Notes: generated from the letters alone by a model not told the origin. A stretch of 64,000 nt of DNA from Methanomassiliicoccales archaeon (GCA_038740345.1 JAVYMA010000009.1:3017-67016), one strand, 5' to 3'; positions 35,351-46,063 are shown, counted from the first letter of the stretch. Numbers and translations are program-made.

Positions 35351-35979
35351 TGGAAGGGTTGCTGATGAGCGAAGAGGAAAAAGTCGATTTGCTTGTACCA
35401 GAGGATGTATATCTCACGTCTGGCGTTCACATAGGCACACAGCAAAAGAGCGCCGATATGAAGCAGTTCATATTCAAGGTCAGGTCTGATGGCCTTTACG
35501 TCTTGGATGTGAAGCAGACGGACGCGCGCATTAGAACCGCCGCAAAGTTCTTGTCCCGTTATCCTCCCGAGAGGATAATGGTGGTCTCTGCTAGGCAATA
35601 TGGGCAGAAGCCGGTGAAGATGTTCACGAGTATAATCGGCGCAATGACCACCAAGGAAGGAAGGTTCATCCCTGGTTCGCTCACCAACCCCCGCCTTCCC
35701 CATTTCATCGAACCCGAGATATTACTGGTCACAGACCCAGCTGCTGACCAGCAAGCTATGGCCGAGGCGCTCAACATCGGGATCCCCATCATCGCCCTGT
35801 GCGATGCTAACAACGAGACGAGAAATGTCGATCTCGTCATTCCTACCAATAACAAAGGGCGCCGAGCCCTAGCTTGTGTTTACTGGCTGTTGACTAGGGA
35901 GATGCTGAAGGAGAAAAAGGTCATTACCAAGGACGAGGAATTCACCAGGACCATTGACGACTTCGAAGCGTCTTTATGA
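35350..35979 (+). CDS. rps2: 30S ribosomal protein S2 (uS2)
   Basis: [48 protein letters not shown]. The ATG overlaps the rpoK stop. Confidence 0.9.
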   Translation: MEGLLMSEEEKVDLLVPEDVYLTSGVHIGTQQKSADMKQFIFKVRSDGLYVLDVKQTDARIRTAAKFLSRYPPERIMVVSARQYGQKPVKMFTSIIGAMTTKEGRFIPGSLTNPRLPHFIEPEILLVTDPAADQQAMAEALNIGIPIIALCDANNETRNVDLVIPTNNKGRRALACVYWLLTREMLKEKKVITKDEEFTRTIDDFEASL

Positions 35980-36039
35980 TCCGGTGACTTAGCCAAAAAC
36001 TCTTTATTCCTAATTTCCCTAGATTTTTCATTGGTCAGC

Positions 36040-36852
36040 ATGCGCTATCCCGCCGTTGCCGGCAAATTCTATTCGTCAAAGGAGAAAGCGCTTAGAGAGC
36101 AGATTGAGGAATCATTTCGCAGCAAGCTCGGGCCTGGAGAGATACCTTCCTTGGCTCAGGGCAGGGGAAATATTGTAGGAGGCGTCGTTCCACATGCGGG
36201 GTATGTGTTCTCGGGGCCTGTGGCTGCTCATGTGTATGCGGCTATTGCTAAAGAGGGGTTCCCCGAGACATTTGTGATAATAGGGCCTAACCATCATGGC
36301 TTGGGCTCCGGCGTGGCCATGACTTCGGAGGATTTTATGACCCCATTGGGTGTGTGCCAAGTGGATAAGGAGTTGGTAAGGCGACTACGTGGATTCGTTG
36401 ATGAGGATCCTTACGCTCATCAGCATGAGCATTCCGTGGAGGTGCAGGTGCCTTTTATACAATATTTCTCCAAAGAGGTGAAGTTCCTTCCCTTAACCAT
36501 GCTCTTCCAGGATTATGAGACTGCGAAGGAATTAGGGGCGAGGCTACGCACCGCCTGCAAGGATAAAGATGTAATCGTGCTAGCCTCCAGTGACTTCTCT
36601 CATTATGTCCCTAGGCATCAAGCGGAAAGCCAAGACCGAGCTGTCATAGAGAGAATCTTGGCACTAGATTCCCCTGGGGTGGAGCAGGTGGTAATCTCCA
36701 AGGACGTTTCCATGTGCGGGTACGGCCCTGTCATGGCTATGTTGGAAGCCGTCCAAGGCAGAAAGGCAGAGCTGCTGAAGTATGCTACCTCAGGAGACTT
36801 GCATCCCATGCAGGACGTGGTCGGCTATGCCGGAATAATCGTGCGCCGATAA
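36040..36852 (+). CDS. MEMO1-family protein (AmmeMemoRadiSam system protein B)
   Basis: MRYPAVAGKFYS...VVPHAGYVFSGPVAAHVY...HEHSVEVQVPF matches the family motifs. Confidence 0.8.
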   Translation: MRYPAVAGKFYSSKEKALREQIEESFRSKLGPGEIPSLAQGRGNIVGGVVPHAGYVFSGPVAAHVYAAIAKEGFPETFVIIGPNHHGLGSGVAMTSEDFMTPLGVCQVDKELVRRLRGFVDEDPYAHQHEHSVEVQVPFIQYFSKEVKFLPLTMLFQDYETAKELGARLRTACKDKDVIVLASSDFSHYVPRHQAESQDRAVIERILALDSPGVEQVVISKDVSMCGYGPVMAMLEAVQGRKAELLKYATSGDLHPMQDVVGYAGIIVRR

Positions 36853-36913
36853 ATATAGGAATTTTTAATAAGGCAAATCCTGTCCTGCCCTAAATGCGGA
36901 TAAGTGCGCGGGA

Positions 36914-37624
36914 ATGAAGGTTCCTATTGGCCATAAGGCCGAAATAGAAGCAAAGATCGCTGAGGCGGTGAATTCTAGGGCGCAGACTGATGAGATCATC
37001 AAAGGCTGGTGGGAACACCTTCCTGCGCTTGGAGTGATAGCAGGTCTCTCAGTATTGCTTTCACTTCTGCAACTGGTTCCAGGTGCTGGAGGTTTCATCT
37101 TAGGATACATTCTAATGTATACTGCTTTCTTCTGCATCACTGCTGTGTTGAATTTCAAACTCATTAGACGCCTGCGAGCTCACTTTGAACGAGAAAACAT
37201 CATCTGCCAAGAACTTATCACCACTGTAAGCGATAAGGAAAAGGCCAAGCACATCCAAGCACTGGCAGATGATGCCAAGATGACTGAGCGGTTACCTTCG
37301 TCTCTGTTCTCAGTGATGTCCGTTCTACCCTTGGTAGGGTTCATTTTCGAATTTTATTATCTCTATCATCTCACCCGCGCATCAGCTGTCCACCAATCCT
37401 GCTGGGATTCTCTGCTGCAAGAATATTCCAGGATGAACCAGAGCCATGCTGCTTATTGTAACTCAGGCAAGAGCGACGTACACCGGCACAGCTATGCATT
37501 CTGGGCCATCGCTTCGCTCATATTCTTTTTTCCGCTAGCTCTTTGGTATCGCTTCTTGATTCGCGATATGAATGAGCATTTCCATAGGCAATGGGCTTGG
37601 GAAGACCAATTACTAAAAGGGTGA
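36914..37624 (+). CDS. Hypothetical membrane protein
   Basis: 236-aa ORF with several hydrophobic helices. I recognise no family. Confidence 0.4.
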   Translation: MKVPIGHKAEIEAKIAEAVNSRAQTDEIIKGWWEHLPALGVIAGLSVLLSLLQLVPGAGGFILGYILMYTAFFCITAVLNFKLIRRLRAHFERENIICQELITTVSDKEKAKHIQALADDAKMTERLPSSLFSVMSVLPLVGFIFEFYYLYHLTRASAVHQSCWDSLLQEYSRMNQSHAAYCNSGKSDVHRHSYAFWAIASLIFFFPLALWYRFLIRDMNEHFHRQWAWEDQLLKG

Positions 37625-37681
37625 GATCTGATTCTTAATCAGAGGAAATATTTTCTCAACCTGGTTATATTTAGTTACTGC

Positions 37682-38209
37682 ATGCAACAAGAGTCAACAG
37701 GGCCGGCCTTTTGCGTTCGCTGTGGCGAATACTTACGTCCAGATACTTCCTTCTGTCCTCGATGTGGAGCTCAGACAACGAGTACGTCATTCTCTAGCTA
37801 TGCCTCCTCCAGCGCTCCGAATGTTCAACCCTTTCCCTCCGCTCAAGCTCGGACTAGAAGGCTCACCTGGGCTGGCATTCTCCTTCTCCTTTCAGGATTG
37901 GTCGGATTCGCCGTGGCCTCCATCGTCTTGTTAATGTCTGAGGAGATCATCGCCGAGGTGCAAGCCATCTATCAGGACCAGCTTCCGGACATGAACCCTA
38001 TTATCTTAGCCTTGGCCGCTTTCTGGTCAAGCGCTGGAGCCCTTTCAATTATCGGTGGCATTTGCGCTCTGAAGCGAAGATACTACCCTCTAGCTATCAT
38101 CGGCTCGGTGATGGCTCTCTTCACTGGAGGAATATTCTTGTTCGAGGGGTCGATTATGGGCATGGTGGCCTTGATACTACTTATAAGATCGCGCCCTGAG
38201 TTCAGATGA
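37682..38209 (+). CDS. Zinc-ribbon membrane protein, function unknown
   Basis: An N-terminal CVRCGEYLRPDTSFCPRCG ribbon is followed by a Ser-rich linker and 3-4 TM helices. Confidence 0.5.
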   Translation: MQQESTGPAFCVRCGEYLRPDTSFCPRCGAQTTSTSFSSYASSSAPNVQPFPSAQARTRRLTWAGILLLLSGLVGFAVASIVLLMSEEIIAEVQAIYQDQLPDMNPIILALAAFWSSAGALSIIGGICALKRRYYPLAIIGSVMALFTGGIFLFEGSIMGMVALILLIRSRPEFR

Positions 38210-39112
38210 TCAGATGCGCTTCATCCTTCCCAATACAGGCTCATATACCAACCCCTTATCAAGCAATGAATTGGTCACTTCCTCCAACTCCGTCCGGTCC
38301 ATTCCTATTCGCTTCACTTCCTCGATTATCTCATCCCAAGCCGCTCCCTTACCCGATTTGTCTAATTTGGTGATTATGGTCAATACTTTATCCTCTCGCG
38401 CCTGCTGAACCGCCTCTGCTTCTTCTTCATCCTCGATTTCCTCTGGGCGATCCACTTCTGCCGCGGCGATATCTGCTTCGGGCTCAGGTTGATATTCTGG
38501 AAGTAAGAATTTGAGCGCGTCCACAACCATGCCGCGATAGCGTTGAAGGTCGATATCCCGATAGAAGCTCAATGCCTTCACCGCTCCCTCTGCCAGCACG
38601 CGTGGGGCCCCGGACATAATCAAACCCTCTAGGCTTGGCTCAGCCATCTTTTTGGCCGCAGCCATAACGTCGATGCGGCGCAAGGTGGCCTTGCACGTCT
38701 CTAGAACCCAATAGTCCCTTTCCTTCGCCTCGACAACCCGTACCCTCTCTGGCCTTACCGATACGTACATCGTCCCCTCCTCAGGCGAATAGGTACGCAC
38801 CTTGCCAACTATAGCCACGAAGGCCGGCGGCTCCATTTTGGATAGGGTCGCGGTAGCCTCAGGCTGATATTGCCCAGAAGAGATGTAGAAATTGCCAGTC
38901 GGGTCTTGCAAGCGCCCTCTCCATAAGGGCTCATCACCTGTCCCTATATTGTCCAGATCCGTGAGCACGCCTACCAGGAACACTCGATTGAGCATGGCTC
39001 CTAGCGGAGAGACGATATACGAGGGCATCCTTTCCCCCTCTCCCTTAAGCTCCAAGCGGGATTGATTGTACTCAGCCGCGAAAATGCGCCAGGCAATCTC
39101 TCGACCTATCAT
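38210..39112 (-). CDS. RPA-associated protein (Rpap, COG3390-like OB-fold protein)
   Basis: REIAWRIFAAEYNQS...PSYIVSPLGAMLNRVFLVGVLTD...GQYQPEA...PPAFVAIVGKVRTY...SVRPE fits the euryarchaeal RPA-associated family. It has an acidic linker and a C-terminal wHTH-like tail, and overlaps rpa by 4 nt. Confidence 0.7.
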   Translation of the reverse strand: MIGREIAWRIFAAEYNQSRLELKGEGERMPSYIVSPLGAMLNRVFLVGVLTDLDNIGTGDEPLWRGRLQDPTGNFYISSGQYQPEATATLSKMEPPAFVAIVGKVRTYSPEEGTMYVSVRPERVRVVEAKERDYWVLETCKATLRRIDVMAAAKKMAEPSLEGLIMSGAPRVLAEGAVKALSFYRDIDLQRYRGMVVDALKFLLPEYQPEPEADIAAAEVDRPEEIEDEEEAEAVQQAREDKVLTIITKLDKSGKGAAWDEIIEEVKRIGMDRTELEEVTNSLLDKGLVYEPVLGRMKRI

Positions 39113-40437
39113 AGGGCACCCTCCATCTCAGCTAAAAGTCGAGTAGCTTCTTCTCTTACCTCTGGGATTGAGAGACTGGCTTCGGAGGCTATCATCATCA
39201 GGCCGTAATCGTCCTTTATAACATTCCCCCTTACCTCAATGGGCTTCGCAAGCATGCACTCCTCCACTTTTTCCAATACTGCTTCAGGGTCCATAGCTTC
39301 TTTAGCCATTTTCAAGGCCTGTTCCAATGTGATGCCCACTAGCCGTTCGGTGATTTCCTTGTTGAGGACGACAGTCAGCGTCCCAGTCCCATCATCCACT
39401 ACCGCTTTTATCCTGAGGTCATGGTGCCCCTCGACTTTGCCGTGTAAACGGCACAACTTGTTCTGTACCAATCTATTGCATTGGGGACACCTCTGAATGA
39501 GACCACTGCCCTTCTTTATGTCCACCACGATGCCTCTGACCAGCACATCGAATGCACCGCCCACCTTCTCCAATTGATCGATTTCCCTAACTCTGGGATT
39601 ACCTAAGCCAACATAGTTTTGCAATTGACCTTGAACTTTCTCAACTATGGCTCTTTCCCCGAAGCTCAACTGCGGTATCCCACGCCAAGAGCGCACATAA
39701 GCACCCTTTATGCGCAAAACGTCATCTGCTTTCAACTCGAAATCATGCCAGGATGAGAACTGAACGCTTCCCGTCTCGTCCACTAATACTCCAGAATAAA
39801 CCGTCCTTATGCCTTCCTGCGTCTCCACCTTTCTGCTCTCCACTCGCAAAACCTTTGCGGTGACGGTCACTCCACTCATCCCTTCTTGGAGTTCGGCGAT
39901 TTTCACTACCCTTGGTGAGGTCATAGATATATCCATGCCCTCAGGCAGATACATAGAATCCTGGGGATGCGCTTCGATTCTAGCTCTAGCTCCGAGATTG
40001 AGCTGCGGCTTCCCGTTCCACTCTTTTGAATAGGCGTTGCGCACCAGAAGCACTTGACCTTTCTCCAATGGGAACCGCTCTGCGTCCCATGCTGTGTATG
40101 GCAGGGTGCCCGTCTCATCTGCCATCAAACCATAAATAATCGTTCTTTTCTGTCCCTCTTGCTCTATCTCTTTACGATTTGCGGATATGACCTTCACTAA
40201 AAGATCTACGTTCTGCTCGTTTCCGGAGACCTCTGAAATCTTCTTGCGGGTTCCTTGACTAAGTTCATTGGGATCCCCGCCCAATTTGCGCACCACGGCA
40301 CGCTTAGCTGGCTCCAGCGATAATCTATAAAGGTTGAGGTAGGTCGCAAGCTCCCTTGCTATCTGTTCCTCGTCCGCTTTTTTCCCTAGCACCCGGGAAA
40401 TCTCTGCTATATGGGGTGCGAGCTCTTCTTTATCCAT
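39109..40437 (-). CDS. rpa: Replication protein A (single-stranded DNA-binding protein, multi-OB with zinc finger)
   Basis: 442 aa. It shows repeated OB-fold-like units (…LVRNAYSKEWNGKPQLNLG…, …IKGAYVRSWRGIPQLSFG…) and the zinc motif CPQCNRLVQNKLCRLHG. Confidence 0.8.
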   Translation of the reverse strand: MDKEELAPHIAEISRVLGKKADEEQIARELATYLNLYRLSLEPAKRAVVRKLGGDPNELSQGTRKKISEVSGNEQNVDLLVKVISANRKEIEQEGQKRTIIYGLMADETGTLPYTAWDAERFPLEKGQVLLVRNAYSKEWNGKPQLNLGARARIEAHPQDSMYLPEGMDISMTSPRVVKIAELQEGMSGVTVTAKVLRVESRKVETQEGIRTVYSGVLVDETGSVQFSSWHDFELKADDVLRIKGAYVRSWRGIPQLSFGERAIVEKVQGQLQNYVGLGNPRVREIDQLEKVGGAFDVLVRGIVVDIKKGSGLIQRCPQCNRLVQNKLCRLHGKVEGHHDLRIKAVVDDGTGTLTVVLNKEITERLVGITLEQALKMAKEAMDPEAVLEKVEECMLAKPIEVRGNVIKDDYGLMMIASEASLSIPEVREEATRLLAEMEGAL

Positions 40438-40546
40438 GGTTAAACCTCGTTGGCACTAGGCCAAGGAACCTTATCTAGGTTGACTTTAAAATTATCTTAC
40501 CCGGGGTGAATGAAAGTGCCTGTAAGGGAAGAGCGGGAGACAAGCC

Positions 40547-41143
40547 TCATTCGGTGAAAGTCTCGCCCCTTTCGTAATTCTCTTTGAGATGCTTTATTAT
40601 AATGTCCCGGTTGCGGCGCAAATGGCTTTCATACCAGGCCTTTACCACATCCCCCATCCTTTCGTGTATTTTGTCCAAATCGGCCTTGTTGACTGGCGCA
40701 TCATATATGACAAATTGAGCGAATATGCGTTTCCAGCCAGCATATTTATAATAATGTTCTCCTTCGCAATATTCGAATATCATGCGGATATGTGGCGTGG
40801 AATCCACCGAATAGTACCATACCTTTAAGGAGTCTCCCATACGCCCTTGATCGCTTGTCCTGTCAACCAGCTGAAGGCTGTTGACAGCCGCGAAATTGAA
40901 CCCCTCTTTAAAATGCCAGATATCTGGGTAGACCTCGAAAACGGCGAAGGACTCATGCGAAGGCTCCATCGTCATGTTCACATTTATCTTGCCAAAACGC
41001 ATCAGTATCTTCCAGAAGTCCTCAATCAAGGTCTTGTTCAGGAGTCTTTTCTGATTGTTTATCTCGGCCAGGTCCCTGGTGATGGACTCGGTCTGCTTCT
41101 GGAGCTCGGCATCTAGCTCCGCGAACCAATCCTTGTCTCCCAT
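40547..41143 (-). CDS. Hypothetical protein
   Basis: The ORF has its ATG at 41141-41143 (MGDKDWFAELDAELQK...). It has an N-terminal coiled coil and no recognised family. The longer ORF to 41311 adds a Cys-rich leader of doubtful coding value. Confidence 0.4.
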   Translation of the reverse strand: MGDKDWFAELDAELQKQTESITRDLAEINNQKRLLNKTLIEDFWKILMRFGKINVNMTMEPSHESFAVFEVYPDIWHFKEGFNFAAVNSLQLVDRTSDQGRMGDSLKVWYYSVDSTPHIRMIFEYCEGEHYYKYAGWKRIFAQFVIYDAPVNKADLDKIHERMGDVVKAWYESHLRRNRDIIIKHLKENYERGETFTE

Positions 41144-41329
41144 GTTCAAAATCCCCTTCCAATACTGAATGGGGATTATCCCTATTCGACCATAAAAAGA
41201 TTGCTGACAGGATAAACATGCTGGATAGGGGCGTTTATTACAGTTGGCTGCACAAGCTCCGCTTAATGATGTTTCGGCGTCTATTATTGGAGAACAAACC
41301 TTTTTCTGCACCGCTCATCATCTGTTGCC

Positions 41330-41839
41330 GTGGACATCATCGGCATATTGATGGGTTTCCTCCAATCCCTCGCGGACAATCCCTTGGAATATGCTCTAGT
41401 CCTATACTTATATGCCATAGCCACAGCTGTGATCTTGCCCGTGCCAGTAGAATTCGGATTGTTTCTGGCGCCTTCATTAGGTATACTGACAAAATCATTC
41501 ATAGTCGCCGCCGGCAAAGCCACGGGATGCGTCATAGTCTTCTATCTCGGTCTAAAGGTGGAGAAAGCCGTCTACAGATGGTCTCGGCGGTTCAAGTTTT
41601 TCGCTTGGTTCGTGGATCTCATGGAAAAATTCGTGGCCAAGACTTGGTATTTTGGGCTTTACATTCTCCTCAGCATTCCTATCATGACCGATACCGTACC
41701 AATATATCTCTTCTCTATTTTCAACAAGAATGGAGTGATGACGCCAGGTTACTTTACCATTGTTAATTTCTTGGCTGCGATAAACCGATGCATGATCGTA
41801 ATCTTTCTCGCGAAATACTTCGGCATCTACGTTGTGTGA
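41330..41839 (+). CDS. Small polytopic membrane protein (DedA/VTT-like?)
   Basis: 169 aa with 4-5 TM helices and a GTG start. The family assignment is tentative. Confidence 0.4.
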   Translation: MDIIGILMGFLQSLADNPLEYALVLYLYAIATAVILPVPVEFGLFLAPSLGILTKSFIVAAGKATGCVIVFYLGLKVEKAVYRWSRRFKFFAWFVDLMEKFVAKTWYFGLYILLSIPIMTDTVPIYLFSIFNKNGVMTPGYFTIVNFLAAINRCMIVIFLAKYFGIYVV

Positions 41840-41908
41840 GGCTACCGACTATAAGGTCCGTGGCCAGTGGAATGGTAATGTTTAAATCACGGAGGCGAAT
41901 ACTACGAT

Positions 41909-42979
41909 ATGGTCGAGAAGGAAAGAATTCTCAAGATACTTGAGGAGTACGATCGGTCTAAGATCACCATCGCAACTCTTTGCTCCCATTCCTCCATGCA
42001 AATTTTCAATGGTGCGCGCAAGGAAGGTTTCCGCACTTTGGGCATCGCAGTCACCCAGAACACCAAGTTCTATGATGCCTTCCCGTTGGCGAAACCAGAC
42101 GAGTTTCTTCGTCTTTCCACCTATCAAGAGCTCGTAGACAAGGCCGACGAGTTACTAGCCCGAAATGTGATCATAATACCACATGGCTCCTTCGTTGAGT
42201 ATATGGGGACAGACCGCTTTGAGTCCATGGCCGTTCCCACTTTCGGCAACAGAAGGGTGCTTGGATGGGAGTCCGACCGGGACAAGATGCGCGAATGGCT
42301 GGAGTCTGCAGGCATCGACATGCCCGCGAAAGTGGAGGATGCCAAGAAGATAGACCGTCCTGTTTTGGTGAAATATCACGGCGCCAAGGGCGGCAGAGGA
42401 TTCTTCATCGCCAAGGACTACCCTGAGTTCAAGATGGGCATAGACCTATCGCAGCCTTACACCATCCAGGAGTATATACTTGGAACTAGGTATTATCTGC
42501 ACTTCTTCCACTCTCCCATCAAGCAAGAAGGATACAGGGTAGAGGATGGCACGCTAGAATTGCTCTCCATGGACAGGCGGGATGAGAGTAACATAGATGA
42601 AATGTATAAATTGGGAGCTTCTGAGGAGCTCAAGCGCCTGGGATATTTCCCTACCTTCGTGGTCACAGGCAACGTGCCTGTGGTCATTCGAGAGTCCTTG
42701 TTGCCTAAGGTCTTCGAGATGGGAGAGCGAGTGGTGCGCCGCGCCAAAGAGCTCTTTGGAGGGATGATAGGGCCGTTCTGCCTGGAATCAATCGTCACCG
42801 ATCAGTTGCAGTTCAAGGTCTTCGAGATCTCCTCAAGAATAGTGGCTGGCAGCAATCCTTTCGTATCCGGCTCTCCCTACTCGGATCTGATTGAGCCTGG
42901 AATGTCCACAGGAAGGAGAATAGCGCGAGAGATACGCTTAGGTCTTGAAAGGGACATGCTGCATAAGATAATATCATGA
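41909..42979 (+). CDS. purP: 5-formaminoimidazole-4-carboxamide ribotide (FAICAR) synthetase PurP
   Basis: ILEEYDRSKITIATLCSHSSMQIFNGARKEGFRTLGI and the ATP-grasp core (VLVKYHGAKGGRGFF) match archaeal PurP. Confidence 0.85.
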   Translation: MVEKERILKILEEYDRSKITIATLCSHSSMQIFNGARKEGFRTLGIAVTQNTKFYDAFPLAKPDEFLRLSTYQELVDKADELLARNVIIIPHGSFVEYMGTDRFESMAVPTFGNRRVLGWESDRDKMREWLESAGIDMPAKVEDAKKIDRPVLVKYHGAKGGRGFFIAKDYPEFKMGIDLSQPYTIQEYILGTRYYLHFFHSPIKQEGYRVEDGTLELLSMDRRDESNIDEMYKLGASEELKRLGYFPTFVVTGNVPVVIRESLLPKVFEMGERVVRRAKELFGGMIGPFCLESIVTDQLQFKVFEISSRIVAGSNPFVSGSPYSDLIEPGMSTGRRIAREIRLGLERDMLHKIIS

Positions 42980-43632
42980 TATCCCTAGTGTTGGTAGACG
43001 CAGAGTTGGAGCGAATACCTGGTCATTGCCCTGCTCACTCAATGCCGAGGGTATGTGGTGTGGAGAAGGGGGACTTGGAGCAAGTGTTGGTTCTAGATAG
43101 CTACATTCACCGCCATATCCTAGAAGGATTGGAGAGCGGTTCGCGTCGTGGGCGGCCGGACATCGTGCATTCCTTCCTGCTTCTGGCTCAGGATTCACGC
43201 CCGCGGCGTGAAGGCTGGCTTAGATCCTATGTGCACACCCGAGCGGACGAGGTGATTCAGGTAGGCCCTGAATTCATGCCCGAGCGTAACTACATGTCTT
43301 TCCTCGCGCAGGTGAGTGAGCTGCTATCCCAGGGCACATGGGGGGAGGGGGAGAAGGGCATGAGCCTAAGGGAGAATCTGACCTTAACGGACTTGCTAAA
43401 GGAGCTAAATCCAGATCTGTGTGTAGCGCTTAGCCCCCATGGAGACTGCAAAGAGCCTAAGAAGGCTTTGAGGGGCGCTAAGGAAAAGCATTTGGCCATA
43501 TTGATAGGCGGATTCCCAGAGGGAGATTATCGCAGCCCGGTATATCAGCTCGCTGACGTAGTCCTCTCTTTGGGTGAAGAGCTTCTCACAGTGCCAGATG
43601 TCACATCACAGGTGCTTAAAGCCTTACCCTAA
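42976..43632 (+). CDS. nep1: rRNA small-subunit pseudouridine methyltransferase Nep1 (EMG1 family)
   Basis: LVLVDAELERIP...LDSYIHRH...GRPDIVHSFLLLAQDS. It has a 4-nt overlap with purP. Confidence 0.8.
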   Translation: MISLVLVDAELERIPGHCPAHSMPRVCGVEKGDLEQVLVLDSYIHRHILEGLESGSRRGRPDIVHSFLLLAQDSRPRREGWLRSYVHTRADEVIQVGPEFMPERNYMSFLAQVSELLSQGTWGEGEKGMSLRENLTLTDLLKELNPDLCVALSPHGDCKEPKKALRGAKEKHLAILIGGFPEGDYRSPVYQLADVVLSLGEELLTVPDVTSQVLKALP

Positions 43633-44541
43633 TCACCATCCTCGTTCCTGCAGGCGCTGCTCAGGCTTTATTGCGGAGATATCGATTCCCCTCATGGCCT
43701 CGCCAAGACCTTTTGATACCTCTGCGAGCACTTGAGGGTCATCGTAGTTAGTAACAGCCTCCACGATAGCCCTGGCTCTCTCCTCGGGGTTATCGGATTT
43801 GAAGATGCCAGACCCAACGAATACACCATCAGAGCCCAATTGCATCATCAACGCTGCATCGGCGGGTGTGGCTATGCCCCCCGCAGCGAAATTGATCACT
43901 GGTAGGCGCTGCATCTCAGCCACCTCCTTAACGAGATAAAGAGGGGCCTCGATCTTGCGCGCTATGGCCGTGAGTTCCTCTGGCTCTTTACCCTTGAGCT
44001 CACGAATCTGAGACATTATCATGCGCTGGTGCCTAACCGCTTCAATCACATTTCCTGTGCCGGCTTCACCTTTGGTGCGTATCATCGCTGCTCCTTCATC
44101 TATGCGCCTCAGCGCTTCGCCTAAATCCCTTGCCCCGCATACGAAGGGAACCCTGAATTTGCGCTTGTCCACATGGAAGAATGGATCTGCTGGAGTCAGA
44201 ACCTCAGACTCATCTATCATGTCCACTGACAGCGCCTCCAATATCTGCGCCTCCACGAAATGACCAATTCTGCATTTGGCCATTACAGGAATGGTGACGC
44301 TGTCCATAATCTCCAATATCTTCAGAGGGTCGGCCATCCTGGCCACGCCGCCCTGGGCGCGGATGTCGGCAGGCACTCTCTCCAAGGCCATTACCGCTAC
44401 CGCACCTGCGTCCTCAGCGATGCCCGCCTGTTCCGCATTGGTCACGTCCATGACCACCCCGCCCTGCTGCATCTTGGCGAATCCTCTCTTGACCAGCTCG
44501 GTGCCGAAGCGGAGCTTAGTCATGTCCAATTCGAAAGGCAT
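43633..44541 (-). CDS. pdxS: Pyridoxal 5'-phosphate synthase subunit PdxS
   Basis: [35 protein letters not shown]...[14 protein letters not shown]...[12 protein letters not shown]. No pdxT is adjacent. Confidence 0.92.
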   Translation of the reverse strand: MPFELDMTKLRFGTELVKRGFAKMQQGGVVMDVTNAEQAGIAEDAGAVAVMALERVPADIRAQGGVARMADPLKILEIMDSVTIPVMAKCRIGHFVEAQILEALSVDMIDESEVLTPADPFFHVDKRKFRVPFVCGARDLGEALRRIDEGAAMIRTKGEAGTGNVIEAVRHQRMIMSQIRELKGKEPEELTAIARKIEAPLYLVKEVAEMQRLPVINFAAGGIATPADAALMMQLGSDGVFVGSGIFKSDNPEERARAIVEAVTNYDDPQVLAEVSKGLGEAMRGIDISAIKPEQRLQERGW

Positions 44542-44586
44542 GATTGGTCACCGAATTCTCTAATATTCATATCGTATAAGAACCTT

Positions 44587-44626
44587 GCATGTGATACATT
44601 TGAAAGTTGCACGTGAGACATTTAAG
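44587..44626. repeat. Imperfect 18-nt direct repeat (GCATGTGATACATTTGAA / GCACGTGAGACATTTAAG), 22-nt period
   Basis: 14 of 18 positions are identical, counted by hand. It lies in the pdxS / aminotransferase divergent intergenic region. Confidence 0.5.
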
Positions 44627-44712
44627 AGCATTACTTGGAGCTCAGCATTTTTTCTATTTTTCAATTCAGGGGACCAAAACTTCACTGCAAAGCCTAAAAT
44701 ACGCTCTCAAGC

Positions 44713-45879
44713 ATGGCCTCTGGGATGGTAGCAAGGCGCATGCAGCGCGTTCCAGAATCAGGAACGGTGCGCATATCTAATTTGGTCAGCAATTTGCGGT
44801 CTGAGGGCACTGACATCATCAATTTCTCGGTGGGAGAACCTGATTTCGATACACCTGACAACATAACCCAAGCTGCAATCAAAGCCCTCCAAGACCATTT
44901 CACGCATTACACTCCATCACCGGGGATACCCGAACTGCGCGCGGCGGTAGCGAATAAGTCAAGGAAAGAGAACGGCATCCCCTGCGAAGCGCAGCACGTC
45001 ATCATCACACCAACCAAGCACGCGCTTTTCATGGCCTTCCTCGCATTAGTGGATGAGGGGGACGAGGTAATTTTACCGGACCCATGTTGGGGGACCTTCG
45101 AGGCCTTAGTTCTTTTGGCTGGGGGCACACCAAAGTATGTGAAGGCCTTGCCTGAAAACGACTATAGGATTCTACCAGAAGATGTCGCAGAGGCCATAAC
45201 GCCTAAAACTCGAATGATTCTCAGCAACTCGCCATCCAATCCCTTGGGCTCGGTCCTGGAGGAGAGCGATGTGAAAGGCATATCTGATTTGGCCAAGGAT
45301 CACGATCTCCTTCTACTCTCGGATGAAACGTACGAGAAGATAATTTTCGAGGGGAAGCATCACAGTTTCGCCGCTCAACCAGGAATGTTCGAGCGCACTA
45401 TCACGGTCAACGGATTCTCCAAGACTTATGCCATGACAGGTTGGCGTCTAGGCTGGGTTATAGCTCCTCCAGACATCACCAAGGAGATTAACAAGCTGCA
45501 GACGCAATCGGTGACGAACGCCACCTCCTTCGCGCAAGTGGCTGGGGTGGAAGCTCTTTTAGGGCCCCAGAATTGCGTTAAGGCGATGGTCGATGAGTTC
45601 AGGGCTAGGCGGGACCTAGTTTACCAACTACTTTCGGAAATACCTCAGCTGAGCTGCCCTAGACCCAGGGGCGCTTTCTACATGTTCCCCAAATATTCCC
45701 TGGACATGAACTCAGAGGAGCTGACCATGTATCTGCTCCAAGAGGCTCATGTAGCTGTAACCCCCGGCTCTACCTTCGGTCCTTCTGGAGAAGGACACAT
45801 AAGAATCTCCTATGCGGCTAGCACGCAGCACCTAATCGAAGGAATGCAACGTATCAAAGAAGCGCTGGCTAAGGTCTAA
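44713..45879 (+). CDS. Class I/II pyridoxal-phosphate aminotransferase (aspartate aminotransferase-like)
   Basis: INFSVGEPDFDTP, NPLG, and the Lys motif NGFSKTYAMTGWRLGW. Confidence 0.85.
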   Translation: MASGMVARRMQRVPESGTVRISNLVSNLRSEGTDIINFSVGEPDFDTPDNITQAAIKALQDHFTHYTPSPGIPELRAAVANKSRKENGIPCEAQHVIITPTKHALFMAFLALVDEGDEVILPDPCWGTFEALVLLAGGTPKYVKALPENDYRILPEDVAEAITPKTRMILSNSPSNPLGSVLEESDVKGISDLAKDHDLLLLSDETYEKIIFEGKHHSFAAQPGMFERTITVNGFSKTYAMTGWRLGWVIAPPDITKEINKLQTQSVTNATSFAQVAGVEALLGPQNCVKAMVDEFRARRDLVYQLLSEIPQLSCPRPRGAFYMFPKYSLDMNSEELTMYLLQEAHVAVTPGSTFGPSGEGHIRISYAASTQHLIEGMQRIKEALAKV

Positions 45880-45880
45880 A

Positions 45881-46063
45881 TCAACGTTCCTCTGGAAGCA
45901 GCATATTGGGTATGGCATCCTCGATAGGGTAGTCTATTCTGCACCTGGGACAAGTGATTTCGCCTTCTATCACCTCTCCCCCCTCTTCCTTGATTACCTT
46001 TAGGTCCAAAGGATGATGCTTGCATTTAGGGCACGCTAATATTTGCATTAGGGACGGTTTCAT
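45881..46063 (-). CDS. trm112: Trm112-family zinc-ribbon protein
   Basis: 60 aa: LMQILACPKCKHHPL...ITCPRCRIDYPIEDAIPNMLL. Confidence 0.75.
   Translation of the reverse strand: MKPSLMQILACPKCKHHPLDLKVIKEEGGEVIEGEITCPRCRIDYPIEDAIPNMLLPEER

Noticed and set aside
35113-35703. 196-aa minus-strand ORF.
   Set aside because: It is antisense to rpoK and rps2, whose translations are unmistakable. It is a shadow ORF.
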